NCBI GenBank assembly: GCA_050015075.1
Contig: JBEKCB010000001.1
Span: forward strand, 160,001-224,000
Source of the DNA: Candidatus Brocadiia bacterium
Lineage (GTDB): Bacteria; Planctomycetota; Brocadiia; CAIUPP01
Length of the DNA: 64,000 nt
Direction: 5' to 3'
The notes beneath the pieces are model-generated. The model was not told where the DNA came from and made no database searches. It saw nothing but the letters and a program-made list of their open reading frames with translations. Position numbers and translations under genes: made by a program. Shown piece after piece: positions 57,339 to 64,000 of this stretch (position 1 is the stretch's first letter; each line of letters begins with the position of its first letter).

Positions 57339-58439
57339 CTACGGCGCGAACACCGCCTTGCGGTGCATGCCGACGTTGAGGACCAGCGCGGCCATGACGA
57401 AGCAGATCAGCAGCGACGATCCGCCGTAACTGACGAACGGCAGCGTGATGCCGGTGATCGGGCAGAGCCGCACGGTCATGGCGATGTTGACCAGCGCCTG
57501 AAAGCCCAGCGAGGTCAGCACGCCGACGACGACGAGCCGGCCGAACGGCTCCCGCGTCGAACTGGCGATCTCTATTCCTCTCGAAAGGATGAGGAACAGC
57601 AGCAACAGCACCGCCAGCGCGCCGAGAAAGCCCCACTCGTTCGCGATCACCGCGAAGATGAAGTCCGTGTGCGCCGCAAAGCCGCGGTTGAGCACCACCG
57701 GCGAGCCGCTGGAGAAGCCGATCCCGGTCACGCCGCCGGAACTCACCGCCGCGAGCGACTGCCGCAGGTGCCAGCCGGCGCCGCGCAGGTCCGCCTGGGG
57801 CGACAGGAACGCGGTGACGCGGCCCCGCTGCGCCTTGCCCATGACGAAGAACCACATCACCGGCGCGGCGGCGAACCCCATCGCGACCAGGGCCAGCAGG
57901 TGCCTCGGCCGCGCGCCCGCCACGTAGAGCATGGCGAACAGCGTCGGCAGCAGCACCAGGGCCGTGCCGAGGTCCGGCTCGGCCAGGATCAACGCCATCG
58001 GCACGAGCCCGATGAGCAGCGGCGCGACGAGTTCGCCCGCGCCCCGGCCCAGCTTGCGGTACATCAGGCACCGCGCCAGCGCCAGGACCACGGCGACCTT
58101 CATGAACTCCGACGGCTGGATGGAGAACCCGCCGTATTCGATCCAGCGCCGCGCGTTCTGGTGCTCGACGCCGATCCTCGGGACCAGCACCAGCGCCAAC
58201 CCAACGGCCACGAGGAGATAGACCGGGTACGCCAGATAGGTCAGCCGCGAATAATCGAAGGACAGGAACGCGAGCAGCGCGAGCAGGCTGACGCCGAACC
58301 ACCGGAACTGCTGCGCCGCCGGGGCGCCGCTGCGCGCGGGGTCCCAGTGCGTGGAACTCCAGATGAACGCGATGCCAAGCGAGGTCAAAATGAGCGCGGC
58401 CGCCAGCAGCAGCCAGTCGAAGTTCTTGATGGCCCTCAC
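57339..58439 (-). CDS. rodA: SEDS family peptidoglycan polymerase RodA
   Basis: ARRWI, QPSEFMK, EPDLGTA, HTDFIFA, PITGITLPFVSYGGSS. Confidence 0.9.
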   Translation of the reverse strand: MRAIKNFDWLLLAAALILTSLGIAFIWSSTHWDPARSGAPAAQQFRWFGVSLLALLAFLSFDYSRLTYLAYPVYLLVAVGLALVLVPRIGVEHQNARRWIEYGGFSIQPSEFMKVAVVLALARCLMYRKLGRGAGELVAPLLIGLVPMALILAEPDLGTALVLLPTLFAMLYVAGARPRHLLALVAMGFAAAPVMWFFVMGKAQRGRVTAFLSPQADLRGAGWHLRQSLAAVSSGGVTGIGFSSGSPVVLNRGFAAHTDFIFAVIANEWGFLGALAVLLLLFLILSRGIEIASSTREPFGRLVVVGVLTSLGFQALVNIAMTVRLCPITGITLPFVSYGGSSLLICFVMAALVLNVGMHRKAVFAP

Positions 58440-58502
58440 GTTCCGCTCTCAAAGCCCGGCCGACCCCGCCCGGAGCACAGTCGAGGGGCGCGGCTCTGCG
58501 CT

Positions 58503-58706
58503 CTATTCGCGGAGCGCGTAGATTGGCCTGTTCTTCTGGCTGTGATCAATCACGAGCTTTCCTTCGCGCGCGAGCCAGCCGATGGCCTGATTCGTCGCTG
58601 CGGGGTTCTCGCTGATGCCCTTCTGTATCTGGTGCAATGGCGCCGGCCCGTTCGTCTTCAGAAACTGCCAGACCTTGCCTGCCGTCTCGCCAATGATCTC
58701 GCTCAT
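58503..58706 (-). CDS. Winged helix-turn-helix protein (DUF2582-like)
   Basis: IGETAGKVWQFL...AIGWLAREGK. Confidence 0.88.
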   Translation of the reverse strand: MSEIIGETAGKVWQFLKTNGPAPLHQIQKGISENPAATNQAIGWLAREGKLVIDHSQKNRPIYALRE

Positions 58707-58791
58707 TCGAATCCCTTTCAATAACCCCTTGCCTTGTCTTCCCTGATTGGACGGACTCCCCTGGTCCGCGTAAAGCCGCGTCGAGAGACAT

Positions 58792-58828
58792 CGTGTGCTA
58801 AATTAGCACACGCCGGGCGGGCAGTCAA
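58792..58828 (-). promoter_or_regulatory. Promoter with a perfect palindromic operator over the -10 box
   Basis: Minus strand TTGACT-17 nt-TAATTT; CGTGTGCTAA-A-TTAGCACACG (58792-58812). Confidence 0.65.
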
Positions 58829-58874
58829 GAACAGGGAGAATTCCGAGCTCTGTCTTCTGCAGTTCGGCTCCGGC

Positions 58875-59438
58875 CTACTTCTTCTCCGCCTGGATCCTGG
58901 CGCGCGCCTGTTGCACGGCTTTCTGAATGTCGGGCGGCAGACTGATGACGGCCATGGCGCGGCCATCGGCATAGAGCAGCAGGTATCGGTCCGGCGCCGG
59001 CACGCCCGGATCGGCGATGAACGCCGCCATGTCAATCAGCAGCCAGGTGTCCTTCGGCAGGTTGCTGATGTCCCGGCCGTTGACCGCGTCGTTCCAGACG
59101 AACGTCAGCCCTTTCGTCTTGAGCTCCTCAGGCGCGAAGGGCGAGACGAACAGCCCGGGCAGCGCGCCCTGAATGAGGTTCATGATGGACTTCGGGTCTG
59201 TGCGCGGGTCGCCCTTCGGGTAGAACGCCGCATCGGGCAGCGGCTCGCTGGTGGTCTGCGCCACGAGGAGCATGTAGATCTGCCGGAGGTTCTCGCGCCC
59301 CTGGGTCTCCTTGGCCGCATTGAACGCGTACCGGAAGCCGCCCGCCTGATTGCTCATCGAAGTCATGATCGCGCTGACCATCATCACCTCGATCAACCCG
59401 AACGCCAGCGACCCGGGACGACGGCGGATTCGGAACAT
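58875..59438 (-). CDS. Small prepilin-like protein
   Basis: Basic leader then A|FGLIEVMMV, NLRQIY, C-terminal LLYADGRA. Confidence 0.65.
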   Translation of the reverse strand: MFRIRRRPGSLAFGLIEVMMVSAIMTSMSNQAGGFRYAFNAAKETQGRENLRQIYMLLVAQTTSEPLPDAAFYPKGDPRTDPKSIMNLIQGALPGLFVSPFAPEELKTKGLTFVWNDAVNGRDISNLPKDTWLLIDMAAFIADPGVPAPDRYLLLYADGRAMAVISLPPDIQKAVQQARARIQAEKK

Positions 59439-59551
59439 GGCCCTCTCCTTTAAAAATTCCCTGCAACTTCATTCTACCATGGTGTCTAGGAAATAACTCA
59501 CACACGTCCAGCCCGCGTCATGTCGCGCGCAGTACGCTGCGCGCTCTGGCC

Positions 59552-59608
59552 GCTCGTAGTGTACCCGTCAGGGCATACGAAGCAGCGCCTCACGGCGCCA
59601 CGACAAGC
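59552..59608 (+). repeat. GTAG-type REP doublet, copy 4 (degenerate)
   Basis: gctcgtagtgtacccgtcagggcatacgaagcagcgcctcacggcgccacgacaagc. Confidence 0.85.
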
Positions 59609-59634
59609 CATTCTACCACGCGCGAGGCCCGGCG

Positions 59635-60732
59635 CTAAACGATCAGCGCTTCCGTCTGCGGATCGTAGAAGTGCGCCTTCTGCATGTCCAGGCGCACCGC
59701 AATCGTCTGTTCCGGGGTCGGCCGCGCGCCGTGGCGCAGCGGCGGGACGCGCGCGATGACGGTCAAGTTCTCCGCGGAGAGGTACACCCAGGTCTCCGAG
59801 CCCATCGGCTCGACGACTTCGACCCGCAGGTTCGAGGTGCCGGCCTCGCCCGGCCCCGCCAGCGAGAGGTCCTCCGGCCGGATGCCGAGCACCACCTCGC
59901 GTTCCACATAACCGGCCAGGCGCGCGGCCGCGGGAGCGGGCACGGCAGCACGGATGGCGCCGCGCTCGAACGTGCAGCCGCCCTGCGACCTGATCCGGCC
60001 GCGCACGAAGTTCGTCGGCGGCGTCCCGACGAACCCGGCGACGAACTGGTTGCGCGGCTCATCGTAGAGCGTCAGCGGGTCGGCCACCTGCTGGATCACG
60101 CCGTGGTCGAGCACGGCGATGCGGTCGCCCATCGTCATCGCCTCGGCCTGGTCGTGGGTGACGTAGACCATCGAGGTCTGGAGCCGCCGGTGCAGGCGGA
60201 CGAGTTCCGCGCGCATGGCCACGCGCAGTTTCGCGTCGAGGTTCGAGAGCGGCTCGTCGAGAAGGAAGACCTTCGGCTTGCGCACGATCGCGCGGCCGAC
60301 GGCCACGCGCTGGCGCTCGCCGCCGGAGAGCGCCTTGGGTTTCCGTTCGAGCAGCCGCGAGATGTCGAGCATCTCCGCCGTCTCCTGCACGCGCTTGCGG
60401 ATTTCCGCCTTGTCGTAGCCGCGCCGCCGCAGGCCGAACTCCATGTTCTGGTACACCGTCATGTGCGGGTAGAGCGCGTAGTTCTGGAACACCATCGCCA
60501 CGTCGCGGTCCTTCGGCGCCACGTCGTTCACCAGGCGCCCGTCAATGGAAATCTTCCCGCCCGTCGGCGCCTCGAGCCCGGCGATCAGCCGCAGCAGCGT
60601 GGTCTTGCCGCAGCCGGACGGCCCGACGAGGACGACGAACTCCTTGTCGTGCACCGTCAGAGAGGCGTCGCGCACGGCATGCACGCCGCCGGTGAAGACT
60701 TTCGAAACGTTTTCGAGAATGACTTCAGCCAT
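59635..60732 (-). CDS. Carbohydrate ABC transporter ATP-binding protein (MalK/UgpC-like)
   Basis: GPSGCGKT, VFQNYALYPHM, LSGGERQRVA, DEPLSNLDAKLR. Confidence 0.95.
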   Translation of the reverse strand: MAEVILENVSKVFTGGVHAVRDASLTVHDKEFVVLVGPSGCGKTTLLRLIAGLEAPTGGKISIDGRLVNDVAPKDRDVAMVFQNYALYPHMTVYQNMEFGLRRRGYDKAEIRKRVQETAEMLDISRLLERKPKALSGGERQRVAVGRAIVRKPKVFLLDEPLSNLDAKLRVAMRAELVRLHRRLQTSMVYVTHDQAEAMTMGDRIAVLDHGVIQQVADPLTLYDEPRNQFVAGFVGTPPTNFVRGRIRSQGGCTFERGAIRAAVPAPAAARLAGYVEREVVLGIRPEDLSLAGPGEAGTSNLRVEVVEPMGSETWVYLSAENLTVIARVPPLRHGARPTPEQTIAVRLDMQKAHFYDPQTEALIV

Positions 60733-60771
60733 CGGTGACCTCGAATCTTTCTCAGCCAAGAAACCGCGCGA

Positions 60772-62088
60772 TCATCCTTTGACGCTTCCCAGCCGGATGC
60801 CCTCGATGATGTACCGCTGCCCGATGAGGAAGACGACGATCACCGGGCCCAGGACCATGAGCGTGCCGGCCATGAGCAGCTCCCACTGCGTCTCGGTGAT
60901 GCCCATGAACGCCTGCAGCATCACCGGCAAGGTCTGCATCTCCGGCGTGGAGGTGGTGACCATCGGCCACATGAAATCGCTCCAGGCGCCCATGAAGGTC
61001 AGGATGGCGAGCACCGCCAGCGCCGGTTTCGACAGCGGCACGATGACGTTCCAGTACACGCCCCACGCGCCGCAGCCGTCAATGCGCGCGGCGTCCTCCA
61101 GGTCCTTCGGGATCGTCAGGAAGAACTGCCGCAGCATGAACGTGCCGTACGCGCTGAAGAGGCCCGGCACGATCAGCGCGAAGTACGAATCCAGCCCGAC
61201 CAGGCGGCCGGCGTAGAACGTGCGCACCGGCGAGGCCAGCCAGAATTTCACGAAGAGCTGCACGCCGAACCAGTCCGTGTGGAAGAGGAAGTTCAGCACC
61301 GTCGGCAGCGACTTGAGGATGACGAACAGCGGGATCATGGTCACCGCGCCGGGGACCATCATCGTCGCCAGGTACGCCATGAAGAGCTTGTCGCGGCCGG
61401 GGAACTCCAGGCGCGCGAAGGCGTACGCGGCCAGCGAACTGGTGAAGACCTGCCCGAGCGTGATCAAGATGCAGACGGACAGGCTGTTGATGAACGCGCG
61501 CCCGAACACGCCGGACATCGTCCAAGCACTCCGGAAGTTGTCCCACTGCGGCGAGATCCGGGTGATGATGCGCGTCTCGTCCATCGTGGCCGTGACGGGC
61601 TCCTGGCCCGCGCCGCCGTCGTAGTGCACCTCGAACTTCTCCGGCACGAGTTTTTTGATCAGCTTCACGCTCGTCGTGCCGGTGGCGGAGCCTTCGCCGG
61701 TCGTCAGCAGGAAGTGCGTCTCGCTGCCGCCCACTGGGATCAGCCGGTCCGTCGAGACCTCAATCTCCCGGGCTCCATCGGCGGCCGGCGCCGGCAGCCG
61801 CACCCGGTAAACCCCGGCGCCGTCCTTCAGCCGGGCGCGCTGCGTGACCACGCGCTCGCGGCCGTCCACGACGACGTAGTCGCGCGTCGGCAGCCAGTTG
61901 CCCTGCATGGCCTGGCCGGGCGGCTTGAGCGCCGTGAGCACCATCCAGACGAACGGCGCGAGCATCGTTACGGCCACGACGATCAGGAAGCTGTGGCTGC
62001 AGAGCGCCAGGAATCGCCGCCGCCGCCGCGCCGAGGGCGGCGCCGCCGTGTCCTCGAGCGGCCCGAGAACCTTCGCGGGGTCAGTCAT
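60772..62088 (-). CDS. Carbohydrate ABC permease (MalG-like) with a large inserted domain
   Basis: AAYAFARLEFPGR, EAA loop DLEDAARIDG; about 115-aa soluble insertion after TM1. Confidence 0.9.
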   Translation of the reverse strand: MTDPAKVLGPLEDTAAPPSARRRRRFLALCSHSFLIVVAVTMLAPFVWMVLTALKPPGQAMQGNWLPTRDYVVVDGRERVVTQRARLKDGAGVYRVRLPAPAADGAREIEVSTDRLIPVGGSETHFLLTTGEGSATGTTSVKLIKKLVPEKFEVHYDGGAGQEPVTATMDETRIITRISPQWDNFRSAWTMSGVFGRAFINSLSVCILITLGQVFTSSLAAYAFARLEFPGRDKLFMAYLATMMVPGAVTMIPLFVILKSLPTVLNFLFHTDWFGVQLFVKFWLASPVRTFYAGRLVGLDSYFALIVPGLFSAYGTFMLRQFFLTIPKDLEDAARIDGCGAWGVYWNVIVPLSKPALAVLAILTFMGAWSDFMWPMVTTSTPEMQTLPVMLQAFMGITETQWELLMAGTLMVLGPVIVVFLIGQRYIIEGIRLGSVKG

Positions 62089-63016
62089 AGTGGATCCTCG
62101 ACCCAGCGTAGCGCCAGTTGATCAGCGTGAAGACGAACACGAAGAGGAACAGGAACCAGGAGATCGCGCTCGCGTAGCCCATTTGATAGAAGTGGTACGC
62201 GTTCTCGTAGATGTAGTAGTCAATCGTGGTCACCGCCTCCTGCGAGTTCGTGTCGCGCGCGAGGAGGTAGACCGCGCTGAACCCGGACTGGAACCCGCCG
62301 ATGATGCTGATGATGATAATGAAAAAAGTCGTCGGCGAGACGAGCGGCCAGGTGATGTGCCGGAACCGGTCCCACCAGCTCGTGCCATCCACCGCCGCCG
62401 CCTCGTAGAGTTCCGGGTTGATGTTCTGGAGCGCGGCGAGGTAAAGGATCATGTTGTAACCGCCGACGCCGGTCCAGAACCCCATCAGCACGAAAGCGAA
62501 CCGCGCCGCCCAGGGGCGGTTGAGCCAGTCCACGCCGCTGAAGCCCACCGTGGTCAGGCACTTGTTGATCAGCCCGTAGTCGGTGTTCAGCAGCCAGCGC
62601 CAGACCATCAGCAGCGCCACGCCGGCGGTGAAGGTCGGCATGAAGAAGACCGTCCGGTAGAGGTTCCGCAGGCGCAGCTTCTGGTTGAGCAGGATCGCCA
62701 GCATCAGCGAGCCGAAGATGCCGAACGGAATGCCCAGCATGAAGAAAGTGGTGTTGAACACGTAGTGCCAGAAGGCTTTGTCGGCGATGAGGTTGCCGTA
62801 GTTCTGCAGGCCGATGAAACGCGGCGGCCAGGTCAGCAGGTTCCACTCGCAGAAGCTCAGCACCAGGCTGAAGAGGATCGGCAGGAGCAGGAAGAGCAGG
62901 AAGCCGGAGAAGTTCGGCAGCAGGAACAGGTACCCTGCGAGCGTGCGCCGGCCGGCGGCGCCGCGTTCGAGGGAGCCGGCCAGTTGCGGCTGGACGCCGA
63001 TCGGGTTACCGGGCAC
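62081..63016 (-). CDS. Carbohydrate ABC permease (MalF/UgpA-like)
   Basis: FIGLQNY, ELYEAAAVDG, FRHITWPLVSPT, MGYASA. Confidence 0.93.
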   Translation of the reverse strand: MPGNPIGVQPQLAGSLERGAAGRRTLAGYLFLLPNFSGFLLFLLLPILFSLVLSFCEWNLLTWPPRFIGLQNYGNLIADKAFWHYVFNTTFFMLGIPFGIFGSLMLAILLNQKLRLRNLYRTVFFMPTFTAGVALLMVWRWLLNTDYGLINKCLTTVGFSGVDWLNRPWAARFAFVLMGFWTGVGGYNMILYLAALQNINPELYEAAAVDGTSWWDRFRHITWPLVSPTTFFIIIISIIGGFQSGFSAVYLLARDTNSQEAVTTIDYYIYENAYHFYQMGYASAISWFLFLFVFVFTLINWRYAGSRIHYD

Positions 63017-64000
63017 GCTGGGCGCTCCTGGCTTGCCACGCGACCGCGCCGCCGGCGGCGCAGGCCGCCAGTCCCAGCGCGAGCGCGAAGGCCGGGATCG
63101 AGGGCTTCACCGGCGGCGCGGTCCGCTCGGCGTAGATCGCGTTCAGGTTGTCCTCGAGTCCCTTGAGCAGCTTCGGCAGGTCCGCATCCGGCTGGTCGAA
63201 GTCGGCCTGGAACCGCAGCAGGGCCAAATCAACCTCAGCGGCGGTAAAGCGCGGATTGTGCAAATCCGCATCCATGGCGACCGTCGCGTCGTCCATGCCG
63301 CTGAAATAGGCGGCGTTCTCGCCTTTCGGCCGCTTGGGATCGTTGAGGAAATACGCGTTCTCCTCCGGCCCGTAATGGATCGGGATGGACTCGCCCGCCT
63401 CCACGAGGTGCCTGATCTGCTCCGGCGAGGTCAGGAAAAGCAGGAGCTGAAACGCGATGTCCGGATACTTGCTCTGCGCGCTGATGACAAAGGTGTTGCC
63501 CTCCATCATACAGAGGTGGCGGCCCTGGAAGGAGCGCCCCAGCGGCGCAACGCGCCAGGGGACGTTGCTGAGGTTTTGGAAGTGCGAGGTGGACCAGCGC
63601 CCGCTGATGTACATCGCCGTGGCGTTGTTGATGAAGGTCACTTCGGCGTTGGAATCGCGCTGCTGCGCGAACGTCGGGCAGACGCGATACTTGAATTGCA
63701 GGTCGTGGAGGAACTGCAGCGCCTGGAGCGCCTCCGGCGAATTGACGATGCAGCGCGTGCCGTCGGGCGTCCAGAACCGGCCGTGGTTCCACAGGACCCA
63801 CTCCCAGTAGTCGCACGGCATCAGGCCGGACTGCACCAGGTTGCCTGCCGCGTCGCGCTTCGTCAGCCGCTGCGCCGCCGCGAGCATGTCGTTCCAGGTC
63901 CAGTCCGCCGTCGGGTACGGCATCTTCTCGCGGTCGAACAGCGTGGGGTTGTAGTAGAGCACGTCGGTGTTGAGGCTGATCGGCAGGCCGTACAGGCGGC
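63006..64000 (-). CDS. Sugar ABC solute-binding protein, 5' end outside the window, with a C-terminal hydrophobic tail
   Basis: YGLP...VLYYN..LFD, WTWNDML..A..LT, F.....AMYISGRW; C-terminal AFALALGLAACAAGGAVAW. Confidence 0.85.
   Translation of the reverse strand, partial: RLYGLPISLNTDVLYYNPTLFDREKMPYPTADWTWNDMLAAAQRLTKRDAAGNLVQSGLMPCDYWEWVLWNHGRFWTPDGTRCIVNSPEALQALQFLHDLQFKYRVCPTFAQQRDSNAEVTFINNATAMYISGRWSTSHFQNLSNVPWRVAPLGRSFQGRHLCMMEGNTFVISAQSKYPDIAFQLLLFLTSPEQIRHLVEAGESIPIHYGPEENAYFLNDPKRPKGENAAYFSGMDDATVAMDADLHNPRFTAAEVDLALLRFQADFDQPDADLPKLLKGLEDNLNAIYAERTAPPVKPSIPAFALALGLAACAAGGAVAWQARSAQRAR

Overview
GC-rich bacterial chromosomal segment, most plausibly from a Planctomycetota/PVC-type organism (inferred from the PEP-CTERM, prepilin-like, TMTC-like and DUF1257/DUF2997 genes; not verified). 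Housekeeping genes include prfB with its programmed +1 frameshift, gpsA, folC, trpF, serS, an RlmL-like methyltransferase, sdhCDAB, rodA, a TIGR03960-type radical SAM enzyme, and peptide and sugar ABC transporters. No rRNA, tRNA, CRISPR array, transposase or integrase was recognised. Three things stand out. (1) Many intergenic gaps hold hairpin elements whose arms are built from 6-, 7-, 8- or 9-nt tandem units. One of them (8019-8524) encloses a complete four-helix-bundle (IVP/bAvd-like) gene in its loop, and a near-identical empty twin lies at 4875-5027, suggesting a hairpin-cassette mobile or RNA-processing system. (2) A promoter-led minus-strand operon (12794 to 4993) joins an apparently inactive rhomboid, a PflX-like radical SAM enzyme, a Ycf46-like AAA ATPase, DUF1257/DUF2997-like proteins, an apparently inactive S26 signal-peptidase homologue, a TPR protein and a PilT ATPase. 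(3) A KamA aminomutase, two ATP-grasp ligases, a GNAT and a DUF89 gene form a cluster split by an S24-repressor/MNT-HEPN insert. All family assignments come from motif recognition by eye and need HMM confirmation.
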